Positions 36,100 through 48,476 of a stretch of 64,000 nt of DNA are shown in pieces. The DNA is from Octopus sinensis (Eukaryota). Position 1 is the stretch's first letter, and each line of letters starts with the position of its first letter. The stretch is taken from positions 80,972,001-81,036,000 of the forward strand of contig NC_042997.1 in NCBI RefSeq assembly GCF_006345805.1, given 5' to 3'. A program made the translations under genes and the position numbers. The notes below the pieces were generated by a model. That model saw only the letters and a list, made by a program, of their open reading frames with translations, was not told the origin of the DNA and did no database searches.

Positions 36100-39057
36100 A
36101 AACATCTAGAAATGAATGAGAAAGATCAACTACCAAAGTTTCAGAACACCAAATCAAATCATTGTATGATCCAAATATATGATTATGCCCTGAAACAGCT
36201 TCTCCTAGACACTGAGACAGATTTAAACTCATCAAACCATTATACATTCAACAGCTATTGCTGCCACTAAGAAAACAGGTGTCAAGATAAAGTAAAAAGC
36301 TCACAAAAAAGCACATTAACACCCAAGGTGGAAAGAGCAGGAATTATTGATTATTGAACTCTCTAAAACAAAAAATGTAAAGACAAGAAGGGCTAGAAAG
36401 ATAAAGTGAAGATACATTCTGATAAACATGACTGAAGACCTGAGAGCAAAAAAAGATGGTTAAGCAAAAAATGCAGGTTAAGGTCCAATGTTTATGTAAG
36501 TATAAAAAGAAAAACAAATTTTACAGCCAAAATAAGATATTTGAATCTGATGCTAAGAAATTCTACAGAGAGTTAGGAAAACAGTCAATAGAAGTAAAAG
36601 ACCTACCTGGTATGAAAGAAGCAGTGATATTTTGGAAAAGCATATGGAGCTATAGGAAGGAATTCAACAAGAAAGCTGAATGGGTAGGAAGAGAAGGAGG
36701 AAGAATGGCTGAGATTGAAGAACAGTGATGGAACAATATTACAATTCAGGAACTAACTCAAGCTCTATCTAAAACTCATAAGTGGAAATCTCCTGGACAT
36801 AGAATCCCAAACTTCTGGTTTAATAGTCTCTCATCATCATGCTGTCAGTTAATGGAGTGCTTGTCTAATATCATCAGAAACACCCAAAAGACTCCAAGCT
36901 GGTTAACATTAGGGATAACATATCTATTCCTTAAAATGAGTGGCACTGAATCTAAAAAAATGATGTGCTGATCACTTGTTTCACCACTAGGTACAAAACA
37001 CTTTCATCCATCCTCACTGAAAGGATGTACCAATTTCTTGATGAAAACAAAGGTGCAAAGAAGGTGCAAAAGAGACTGACACGACTGCAAAGACCAACTG
37101 TTAACAAACTGCAGGATACTAGAAAACTGCTCATCTCAAAAAACAAAATCTTAGCACAGCATGGATTGACTATTGTGAGGCATTTGACAATGTCCCACAT
37201 AGCTGGAACTTAAAGGTACTAAACATATACAAGATCTCTCCTTTCGTAAGAGATTTTCTACAGCACAATATGGGACTGTGGAACTCAAAATTGATTCTCA
37301 GCCACAAGAAAGGCTTGTATGTGTCAGAGCACATCAAAACAGATCATAGAATATTCCAGGGCAATTCACTCTCCCTTCTCCTCTTCTGTCTTTCGCTTAT
37401 TTTCTTGTCCCATGAGCTGAATAGATAAAATTATGGTTTCAAAATGTTTGACAAAATTATCTCACACTTGCTCTACATGGTTGATCTGAAATTATTTGCA
37501 AAAGATAACAAGGATCTGAAAAGGCTACTAGTAACTGTGAAAAAATTCAGTGATAACATCAATATAGAATTTGGCCTTGACAAGCGTGCAAAAGCTTCAT
37601 TCAAATGTGGTAAACTGACAGCTAATACCATGACCCAACTTGATCATGATACATCTATCACAGACTTGGATTAAGTATCTTGGGGTACATAAAGGGAAAG
37701 GGATTCAATACGGATCAATGAAAGAGATCAGGAAAGAGTATTACAGTTGTGTTAGAATGGTCCTGAATACTGAGCTGAGCTCTCAGAATAGAATTGCAGT
37801 TATAAACTCCCTGGTAGTACCTGTTGTCTTGTTTAGCTTTAATGTCATCAATTGGAATCTGAGTGTCTCCAGAGTATGGACATAAAGACCAGGAAACTGC
37901 TGACACTAAATAGGATGCACCATTCAAAATCAGGCGTGTACAGGCTCTATCTCCCATGAAAGGAAGACGGTAGAGGCCTAACCCAACTTGAAATGTCCTA
38001 TAAAACGACCACAATAGGTCTCCAAGTATACATCCAAAATAACATGGATTGGATGGTACAGCTGGTAAGGCAACATGAACAGAGTAAGAAACTGCACTCT
38101 ATGTCAAAGGAGGCATATAAATACAGACAAGAGCTTAACCTTCCTGATTATGATGATGATAAAGAGGACACACCACCCACTAAAACAGCAAAGAAGTGTA
38201 AAACAAAAACCAAACAGGAAAGCTTCAAAGAAATATTGAGACTGTGGCAAAAAATCTATTGCATGGGCAATAGCTCAAACGAGTTATGAAAGCTGATGTA
38301 GATATGAGAAGAACTCATCACTGGATGCAGAGTACTGGTTTGAAAGCTGAAACAGAAGGATTTATCCTAGTGGCACAAGATCAGTGTCTCCTTACGTGGA
38401 ACTATCAAGCTAATGATACACATAATGAGGTAGACACGAAGTGTAGATCCTGAAATGACAAACTTGAGAGTACTGACCACATTGTTGCTGGCTGCTCAAT
38501 CCTTACCCCTGGCATGATTGAGTAGGTCAATATTTGCCCTGGAGCATATACCATCACTATGATATCCTGCACACTAAGAACTGGTATGAACACCATCCAG
38601 AGCCAGCCACTGAGGAAGAGAATGTTACCATCCTATGGAATTATGGGATACATACAGACAGGCAAATAAATGTTAACAGACCAGACATTGTCATCAAAGA
38701 CCTAAGACAAAAAACATGCCTGTTAATTGATATGACAGTGCCTACTGATAGAAATATCGTGGCAAAGGAATTTGAAAATTGCTGAAATATAAGGACCTTG
38801 AGATTAAGATATCTAGGAATTTGCAATTAAAAACCAAAACAATCCCTTTTGGGAATGACCAAGAAAGGACAAATTTTTTGACCAGATCCCTGGGAAACCA
38901 ACAATCTATGAGGTTAGAAAACCGTGTTGACATCAACCATCCACATTCTCGGGATTTTCTTGTCCATGTAATATATACATGCCTTAGGTCTTTGGTTGAG
39001 ACCCAGTCAGAAGAAGAAATAAAATGCAAATCAGTCAGAAAATAACAACAACAACAA
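36100..39057 (+). mobile_element. Near full-length but heavily decayed Dong-clade LINE (~3 kb)
   Basis: QNKIFESDAKKFYRELG, KWKSPG, GIFQGNSLSLLLFCL, HLLYMVDLKLFAK, LNTELSSQN, GLKAETEGF and RPDIVIKD..LIDMTVP. AAC tail. Confidence 0.88.
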
Positions 39058-39112
39058 TGGTTTCAAATTTTGGCACAAGGCCAACAATTTCTGGGGAGGT
39101 TAAGTCAATTAC

Positions 39113-39162
<50 letters not shown>

Positions 39163-39250
39163 TCTTTCTAATTTTGACCCAAGGTGAGCAATTTTTTAAG
39201 AGGAGGAGTAAATTGGTTGCCCCAATATTCAACTGGCACTTATTTTATAC
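39058..39250 (-). mobile_element. Two SINE family A 3' fragments separated by (AAT)n
   Basis: GGTTTCAAATTTTGGCACAAGGCC; (AAT)n at 39114-39160; TCAACTGGCACTTATTTTAT. Confidence 0.6.
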
Positions 39251-39719
39251 ATCTTAATTCTTGACGACAACATTAGTCTATTGCATGTTTTACCCATGGG
39301 ATGATTTAAGATTAATATTTGAGTCTAATAAAACATGAGTAAATTATAGAATGCCTTCAAGACCCTAAGGAAGCATTTTATATTTTTACTGAATGGACAG
39401 GAAGTAGCAGCTATGTGTCCCTAAAATAACTCCTTTCCAACTTAAAAATGGAAGGATAAAGCAGTTCTAGATACACTATATCTGAAAAAAGACATAGGTT
39501 GCTCATAGGAAACAAACACAGAGTGAAGGATAGAAAGCAATAAAAAATATCTTTCAGTTCTGAATCAAATTAACATTGAAAAATACAAATAATGAAAAAA
39601 ATGTGCAAAAGATAAATACAAAAGAAACAGAATGTAGTAGGAAAAGAAGTACTTGTTATGAAAGAGACACTTACTATACTTTGAAGATTCCAGTTATTTT
39701 TTTTTTTGTTTCATTATTT

Positions 39720-40290
39720 GTTGAATCTGGAGGGAAAAACAGTGTCCATGACCTGTATTGTTCCACCAAAAGAGGTGATGCTGTTAATGTTCTGTTTAAG
39801 CTGTTGCAGACCAACACCTGCTGGAAAAACATGAGCAGGGAGAAGTTTCTAGAAGGATGATATTCTGAGGAGGAAGAATTTTGCATAGTGGTTAATGTAG
39901 AGCCAGGAGGGTGAAACATAACAAGGGTGATAGGAAGTGGAGAGACGTGGGCCAAGGAGACTTAAATAGATGAGGTGTTTGATCAGACTAGTGAAAGAAA
40001 AGTCAGAGAGGAAACAGTATGCTTGTAATCCAGAGCCTGGAACATATCTGCTTCTGATTTGATGCCACTCAGTTGAGTAGTACTATGGGGGTAGTACTCC
40101 GCTATGGGCCTTCCTTAAGCCTTGTTGAGTGTCAGCATCTGTAGGGGATGAAATATTTTCTGGCACTGAAAAGAAGGTCCAGTCTTTATGATGCATTCTT
40201 AACTGTTAGGAATAGGCTTTTGCCAGAAAAGTTCCTCATTTATAATGTGATTCAGTATTTGGAACAACTGCGAGAACCCTAGTTGAGTGT
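39720..40290 (-). mobile_element. Decayed CR1-type LINE 3' fragment
   Basis: Minus-strand remnants resembling RLDLLFSARKYF, MLTLNKA..RP..EYY, LDYKH and VFPSRFN. Confidence 0.6.
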
Positions 40291-40782
40291 TACACATATT
40301 TAGGATGAGGTGTGCTGTAGTATTACTTTCTTGATATAAGCAATGTTTGAGATTTTATGTTTTGAGTTGAAATAAAAGGAAGAAAATATTTTTCAACTCG
40401 ACTCAACAGAAAACGGTTTCACTTGATTTTTATGTTTCTTGTATATTTACAACATGTTGAACACAATGATGAAATTTTTTTCATATTAGTACCAATATTT
40501 TGTCAATTATATCACTTATTTTCTGTCATTCTTAACATTGTCTGTGGTCAAATTACACTCTTGTCAGATTTCTATGTAGAACTTTCCAGAAAGGAAAGCA
40601 GTAGAATTTACTTACGTTGATCCATAGAAATATTCATACAAACAATGTACCACAAAATAACTATTAACACAACATAGAATAGACAATCCAGGCAAGCCCA
40701 AGAAAATATGCTTATATATTTACAAAATATTTGATGATGGATTTTTCACTGTTCTGGGACATTCAATTGTTAAAAGTATGTA

Positions 40783-42069
40783 CGAGGGGCGTTCAATAAG
40801 TAATGCCCCTAACCCACTTCCCATAGCAGTAGAGCAACGAAACTTGGCACAGTTATTAGTCTTTTTCTACATAGGAACAACCCAGAGTTACGCATTTCTC
40901 CCATCGTTTGATGTAGCTCTGGAGACCGTTTTTGTAGAAGACTCCAGCTTGGTCCTCCAACCTGAACGTGACTTCAGAAATCAAGGCTGCATCATCTGGG
41001 AAATGCTTTCCTTTCAAAAACAACTTCATGACTGGGAAGAGGTGAAAATCAGAGGGTGCAAGGTCAGGAAAGTAGGGGGATGGGGGAGGAGTTCATAGCC
41101 ATACGCCTGTGCTTCTGATCTGGCGACAAGCGAGTTGTGGACCGGAGCGTTGTCCTGCAGGAGGAGGATGCCTTTGCTGATCTTGCCCTGCCTCTTGATT
41201 TTGATAACTTCTCTTAATTTCCGCAAAAGTGAAGCATAATAGGCTCCTGCAATTGTGGTACCCTTTGCCAGGAAATCTGTCATCACTACTCTGTCCTGGT
41301 CCCAGAAGACTGTGAGCATGACCTTTCCAGAGGAGGGCTGCACCCTTGCCTTCTTTGGAGGGGGTGAGTCACGGTGCTTCCACTGCATTGACTGGGCTTT
41401 GGTCTCTGGATCATAATGATGGACCCAGGTTTCATCATGTGTAATCAGTCTTTTGAAAAATTTTGACTCATCTTCTTGGCACATCTCCAAATTCACCCTC
41501 GAGCACTCGACGTGTTCTTGCTTCTGGAAAGGCGTGAGCAGCCTGGGAATCCATCTGGCAGACACCTTTTGCATATGCAAATGGTCATGAATGATAGTTT
41601 CCACAGACCCGGTACTAATCTTGACCTCATGGGCTATTTGGCGAATAATTATGCGTCGATCTTCCAAAATGGCAGCCTCAACTTGACGGACAGATGCCTC
41701 AATGGCAGAAGGGGCGACCAGATCTGGGAGCTGTTTCCACAGAGTTCCGACCATGTTTGAATTCACGATGCCAGCGTTTTACAAGGTCATATGATGGGGC
41801 ATCATCACCATAAGTTACTTTCATTTCATCAAAAGTCTCCCGTGGTGTGCGTCCTTTCAAATACAAAAACCGGATCACTGCTCGACACTCAACAGGCTCC
41901 ATTTCACACTTGACTCAGTTCAAACACCTGTAAATCAGAAACCACAATTAATTCAGAGCTGTAATTTGCCACTTACTCTATAGAGATATAAATAATTGCA
42001 CATGTAAAATTTCAGCTAGATCAAACAACTGCAAGTGGGTCAGAGGCATTACTTATTGAACGTCCCTCG
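40783..42069 (-). mobile_element. Full-length mariner transposon (1287 bp)
   Basis: 37-bp TIRs (CGAGGGGCGTTCAATAAGTAATGCC...) with 3 mismatches and TA on both sides. Confidence 0.95.
40856..41902 (-). pseudogene. Mariner DD34D transposase with two frameshifts
   Basis: HTH, WIPRL, ITHDETW and LQDNAP. Correcting one frameshift gives YFPDLAPSDF with 34 residues between D2 and D3. Frameshifts lie near 41710 and 41075. Confidence 0.92.
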
Positions 42070-42261
42070 TAAGAGCAGTGTCTTACAAGTATTCAAGTAA
42101 GTTATATTTTAAAAGTTAAGCATTGTACAAAAAGAAAAGTAAAAAGAATATAAAGATGTTTTTTTAAATATTCTGTTTGTGTGTCACATTTGTTAATGTT
42201 AACTACATTGTATTAATTTTAATGTTTGATTGTTATTGAGGGTGTAATCATAACTTCTATA

Positions 42262-43182
42262 CACTGCAAGAACAAATCAATTAACTGCTTTTGTTGTGTG
42301 TGTGAACTTTACCTTGGTTTAAAATAAGTCAAATGTGTTATTGACATATGAAAAGTAATTCTGCATTCCCATTGGAGACCAGGACATGTCATGAACCCAT
42401 CTTGCAATCTTTGGTACTTACATATCTACACTAGAGGGATGGATGTGTATCAGCGGAAAATGCATGCCATTTACCATTCTTAGAATCTGAAGAGAACTGA
42501 CAGATTATCTAAACGACTGCTTTTCTGTAGTGGTAGAGGTGTCTACTTATAAAAGATCCTGAGATAGGAAGAAATTGGTCCATCCAAGTATCCTATCCTT
42601 AATTGCACCAGTGCATCACAATGATTAATTACCAGTTCCTGCTTCAACTTCTGAATAATCAGATAAAATCGACATTAAAATGTCATATTACGTTGAAGAT
42701 TGGGAAGAAAAGGAAGCAGCATGCTTGTGTGAAAAACTCCACTTGACAAACTAGCAAAAGATTGATGAAACAAAAGGAAGATGAATCTCTTCAAAACTGG
42801 TGTAGAGTTGCTGGTGTTCAGATTGAAAGAATAGATGTGAAAGCGACAATTCTGAAGTACACAGATTTTGCCCATTTCTACTTATTGTCTGAGTCACTAT
42901 ACGTCTATTCTGGGGTAAAAGATCTTCTTCAAGTAATCAATTTTAGACACAATCCTCATTAATGGTGTCTGTTCATTGACGTCTGAAAATTGTGCTGCAT
43001 CACAGTGGGAACCAATATCCATTTATTCCTGTTGGTCACTTGAAAGATTGCAAAGATTACAAATATATAAAAGTTTTGCTTGTAAAAATCAAATATGATG
43101 GCTATAAATTTGTTGTGTGTAGCAATTTCAAGATGTTGGGGTTCTTGCTGAGGTTGCAAGGTGGATATACTAAGTACTCTTG

Positions 43183-43247
<65 letters not shown>

Positions 43248-44100
43248 CGTGCATATGTGTGTATTATGCATGTGCTTGCAGGATAACAGAGATAAGGAAA
43301 AGCATGTGAAATGACAATGTCAAAAAGGATGAGCTTTGCAGTTAGGAACACAATGTACAATGCTCTTGAATCAGTGAAGAAAATATTTTCACTGCCACTC
43401 CACATGAAACTTGACCTGATAGCAATTGATCACAACCTTGCATCACAACAATGAAGGTTACACTAACATAGGAACAATGTTACTACAGCTGTGTTACTTA
43501 AAAGTTGTTGCTGTTGTTTGTTAGATCATAAGTGAAGCAGATGCTTGTATCCGTAACTGCAGCTATGGAAATGATGGTGGTGAAGAAAGGAGCTTGGAAT
43601 GCTTTCCAGAAGATCATCAACAATAATAGCAGGGAATTGAATTGCTTGAAAATTACAGAAGTGTCACTTAAGCTACACTATTTGCACTTCCATTTGGAAT
43701 TCTTCAGACCAAATGTTGGTACTGTGTCACAAGAGCATGGTGAATGGTTCCATGAGGACATAAAATTGATGGAATAGACAATTGCATATAGAACTTGGTT
43801 CAAGAAGACAGTAGAAACCAAAACAGACTATGATCATTCAATGTTCACTTTTGAGTTTATTACAGCACCATTGTTATTATAATATTGTTGCATTATTCAT
43901 GATCACTCATTAAATTATTTGATTTCTATATGTTTCATAATGCAGTTGAAATGACAATAAATTGTATTACAATATATATATTGTATTTTCATGATTATTA
44001 TGAAAATCTTTGTTGGTTTATAAAAAGTAATGTAACTGTTATGCTCAGCATGCCAAAACTGACAGAAAATACAAAAATGGGAGGCAAACAGAAATTTCAT
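42262..44100 (+). mobile_element. Decayed CMC/Chapaev3-like DNA transposon (family assignment from recall)
   Basis: Starts CACTG. Remnants WCLFID, VLHHSGNQYPFIPV, FKMLGFLLRLQGGYTKYSC, LPLHMKL and SLKLHYLHFHLEFF..VSQEHGEWFHEDIKLME. Right end not found. Confidence 0.68.
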
Positions 44101-44514
44101 AAAAACGAGAGTTTAAGGAGAAAATTTTAAAACTGAAATGTTCCTTAAACTATTTAAGTTTGCACATATGTCTTTGATATCATATTTCAGTAATATCATT
44201 ATTTTGTAAATAAAAACACTCACCATATTGCATGTGCCTTTGTTATTTTGATATGGTATAATAAAAAGTAAATGTTATGTTTCTTAACTCTATTTTAAAA
44301 CAGTAAGTAAATATTTTAAGACCATTTTCCTGCTTATATTTTTCTAAAGTAGTCATATTAATGTAATATAATAAATCTATTGTTTTCCTTATAAAATAGT
44401 TATTCTGCAGCGGTATAAAAAAAAAGTAAATGTTATAATATTTTTTCAAATAAACTGTTTTTAAAAATGTAAATAAATGTATTTTTTATGGTCGATTTCC
44501 ATATTTTCAAATTC

Positions 44515-44735
44515 AGTAAGGCAACAAACTAGCAGAATTGTTAAAATGTTTGGTAAAATGTTTGGCAATATTTTGTGTCTTCACGTTCTGAGTTCAAATT
44601 CTGCTGAAGTCAACTTTGCCTTTCATCCTTTCAGGGTCAATAAAATAAGTACCAGTTTAGCACTTGGCTCAATGTAATTGACTACTTACTCCTTTTCCCA
44701 AAATTGTTGGGCTTGTACTAAAATTTGAAATCAAT
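44515..44735 (+). mobile_element. SINE family A
   Basis: TTCTGAGTTCAAATTCTGCTGAAGTCAACTTTGCCTTTCATCCTTTCAGGGTC. Confidence 0.78.
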
Positions 44736-45420
44736 ATTTTAAAGTTCAGTGTACTAAGTATTTGGTCTTTTAAGCAATCAGTATCTGATTTTTTAGGTTA
44801 TTTGAATTTGACTTTCTTACATTCCATACTCTTGAATTTAGTCTTATGACCTTAAGTCTTAGAGGGCCATGCCTAAAGGCATGGTTACTCACCTGTCTAG
44901 TGATTTCTAATGGGTCAGGAGAGAAGTACATGCACTGCCAGTGTTGAATGGTATGAGACTAGAGGAGCTCTGATGAGTCAGTGAACTTGATATAAAATAC
45001 CACAGGAATGAGCTCTGTATAACGTTTAATGTGTGTTGGGCAATTGTGATAACCTTATTAGGTGAAATGAAAGTCATGGTTTGATGGAGGTTAGATTTGG
45101 AGGTGGGAAAGAGATCATGAGAATTTGATGTGCTTTTGTGTGGCATGTGAGTACGGTTTGAAACAACTTGGTGTAAAGACCTGAGCATAACAAACAATTT
45201 GAGTTCTGTACCAGCATCATTATTGTGGGATAAGTGTAAGTCTCCAGAACAAGAACAGAGAGAAGAGGAAACATGAAGAAGCAGAACAGATAGTCATTGA
45301 AGAGGTCACAGAATGTGTAACAAAAGAAATCTGACAAATAAATAAATAATAATAATAAAGCTAAAATGAAGATCAAATAAATAATGCATAGTTTATCAGC
45401 AAAATGACCATCCCTTAATA

Positions 45421-45471
<51 letters not shown>

Positions 45472-45675
45472 GACAGCAAGCTAGCAAAATTGTTAGCATG
45501 CCAGGCAAAATGCTTAGCAGCATTTTGTCTGTCTCTACATCATGAGTTCAAATTTCACCAAGGTCAGCTATGCCTTTCATCCTTTCAGGGTCGATAAATT
45601 AAGTACCAGTGAAACACTGAGGTCAATGTAATCGACTAGTCCCCACCCCACAGCCAAACTTTCAGGCCTTATTAC

Positions 45676-45739
<64 letters not shown>
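45472..45739 (+). mobile_element. SINE family A with long (ATT)n tail, preceded by another (ATT)n
   Basis: Family signature. (ATT)n at 45423-45470 and ~45670-45739. Confidence 0.8.
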
Positions 45740-46662
45740 TATTGTCTTTGCACAGCTTCTAACACTGGAGAGGAACTATGGTGGCAGTTGTTCACTACCA
45801 GTGAACTAAGGTAACACCCCTATTTTTCGAGCACTGTCTGGAGTATTTGAGCAGTTCCGGGCAGTACTGTTTTCTGCAAGTGCTCCACCCTTATTGCAGC
45901 CCCTATGTACTTCTCAAGATTTTTATTCACTGTTCCCAGGGCTCCAACAATTATTGGTACTACTAGCACCTTTTTCATTGACCACAACTGCTTAACCTCC
46001 CAAGCTAACCTGCCATATCTTTCAACTTTTCTTTCTTCCTTATCGCATATCTTGTCAGCTGCACATGCTATATCTATGATCCAGTATCGTTTGCTTTCTT
46101 TTTCAATTAAGACTATGTTTGATTTCCTATTCTCTATCTCATGGTCGCACTGAATCATATAATCTCATAGGATCTCTACATTATCATTTTCAATAATACC
46201 TTTGGGTTTATGTTCATACCACTTTTTTGCTCTGTCAAGTCCATACTTGTTGCAATATGTCCAATGGACGATCCTTGCTATATTGTCATGAAGTCTCCTA
46301 TATTCTTTCTGGGCTAGTGCGTACATTGACTGGTAATATGCCATACAGTTTCACCATTTTGTCCACAAATTCTGTACTTATCACTTACTGACGTGTTGTT
46401 TATTCTGTATTTGTTGTAATTTGTTCTTAATACTTGCTCTTGAGCATCACAGATTAGAGCCTCCATTTCCAGTTTTAAATCATTTTTAGTCATCCATAGC
46501 CATCTTTTCTCTCTGTCTTATCTGCAACATGGTAGATGCTTGGTACATACAGTCTGTCTGTGTGATGTTTTGAGTGGAGTATCCCATATCTAGTCAGCAA
46601 CCTCCTTGTCTTTCTGTCTAAGCTGTTTAGTTTGTCTACAGTCCAGGTGATTACTCCTGCTC

Positions 46663-46663
<1 letters not shown>
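45740..46663 (-). mobile_element. Dong-clade element C (older subfamily, 5'-truncated, internal deletion)
   Basis: LDRKTRRLLT..DRLYVP jumps to WLWMTKNDLK; RICGQNGETVWHITSQC; RLE ORF at 45820-46158. Confidence 0.88.
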
Positions 46664-46717
<54 letters not shown>

Positions 46718-48317
46718 TAGTTTTATTTTTATAGCGTGCTTTCACTTCACTACCGAGCGCAGCTCTGTGTGCCTTGGGTATGTGCTGTGATTTGTTGTGA
46801 TGCTCTGATGGTTATTGTATGGAAAGTGTTCTGCGTAGGATGTGTGCAGTGCCTAGTAGTGCAATTTTCTGTATGTTATATGTGTTTGTAAGTCCTGGTG
46901 TTTTTGTTATGTATTTGTCTGAATATTTTTTTATCATGCCTAATGCACCTACTATGATAGGAATTGTTTCTGTTTTCAGATTCCACATTCTAGTTACCTC
47001 TATTTCCAGGTCTTTGTATTTTGAGAGTTTCTCCATTTCTTTTAGAGACATGTTGTCATCTGCCGGTATTGATACATCAATTAGAAAGCATTTTTTTTCT
47101 TCATGATCTCTGACAACTATATCTGGTCTGTTGGCCTTAATTTCTCTATCTGTGTGTATCGGCATATCCCAGAGTATGGTTGCTTTCTCGTTTTCTGTGA
47201 CCTTTTCTGGTGTGTGCCTATACCATCTTTTTTCTGTTGTTATTCCGTAATGTTGGCATAGCTTCCAGTGTATGTAGGTTCCAACTCTGTCATGTCTGTG
47301 AATATATTCCTTCTTAGCCAGGACTGGGCAGCTAGAGATAATATGATTTATTGTTTCTTGTCCATCTCCACATATTCTGCATTTACTTGTAATATTTCTT
47401 TTCATTACATGTTTTTGGTAATTTCTGGTGGGGAGACTTTGGTCTTGTGCTGCAATTAAAAATCCCTCTGTTTCTGCTTTGAGTCCTGAGCTTCTCAACC
47501 ATTGCTGGGATTTTTCTTTGTCTATTTCTTTTGCGTTTAGTTTAGTCCAGTATTTACCATGAAGGGGCTTTTCTTGCCATCGTTTTATCATGGTTCGTTG
47601 CTGTTCTATTTTTAGTTTGGATTTCATTTGTTTTATAGCTTTTGTTGTTTCTTCATCATCTTCTTCTTCTTCTTTGTGTTTATTAGGTGGTATGATTTCT
47701 TGTTAGTATTTGTCAGCTTCCTTAAATACTGAGAACAGTTTTTTGTTTTGCTCGTGTTTTGCTGCTATCTGGATCAGTTTTCCTTCCTTCTGAAGTAGGT
47801 ATTTTTGCAGTCCTATGGTGGTTATTTTATAGTAGTTTTCCAGCTGTATAAGGCCTCTACCACCTTCTATACGTTGTATATATAGTCTTTCTATGTCAGA
47901 TTTTGGGTGATGCATCCTAGATCCTGTCAGTATTTTTCTTGTTTTCCTATCTATTTTGGACAGTTCATTTCGTGTCCAGTTAAGGATATTGTAGCTGTAA
48001 CTTATAACTGGGACAGCTAAAGTGTTGATACCTATTATCTTGTTTTTAGCATTGAGCTCTGTTTTTAGTATTGATCTAACTCGTCTATAATATTCTTTTT
48101 TTATTTTCTCTTTCATTGTGTGTGTTGTGTCTTATCTAGTTCATGGATTCCTAAGTATTTGTAAGTTTGGCTTTGGTCTAATTCTTTTATTTCATTGGTT
48201 TTATCTAGTGTGATGTTGTTACTCTTAACTAGTTTTCCTCTTTTCATGGTTACTTTGGCGCATTTTTCTAATCCAAATTTCATATCTATTTCTTTGGTAA
48301 ATCCATGAACTGTCTTT
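46664..48317 (-). mobile_element. Dong-clade element A' (near-identical to copy A, 5'-truncated)
   Basis: ORFs 46812-47627 and 47703-48116 match copy A (5 differences in 271 aa; the 137-aa piece is identical). One nonsense change and one 1-bp deletion. (AAT)n tail at 46664-46714. Confidence 0.95.
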
Positions 48318-48423
48318 ATCTATTTCTTTGGTAAATCCATGAACTGTCTTTTTAAATCCATGAACTGTCTTTGTAAATCCATGAACTGTCTTTTTATTAT
48401 TATTATTAAAAGACAGTTCATGG

Positions 48424-48476
<53 letters not shown>

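Noticed and set aside
44900-45250. Possible CR1 remnant and a CTGATGA hammerhead-like core near 44970
   Set aside because: Protein similarity is marginal, and there is no GAAA or stems for a ribozyme.
48318-48426. Short direct repeats resembling a mini-CRISPR
   Set aside because: The repeats are contiguous copies of the adjacent retrotransposon end with no spacers; reported instead as a junction structure.
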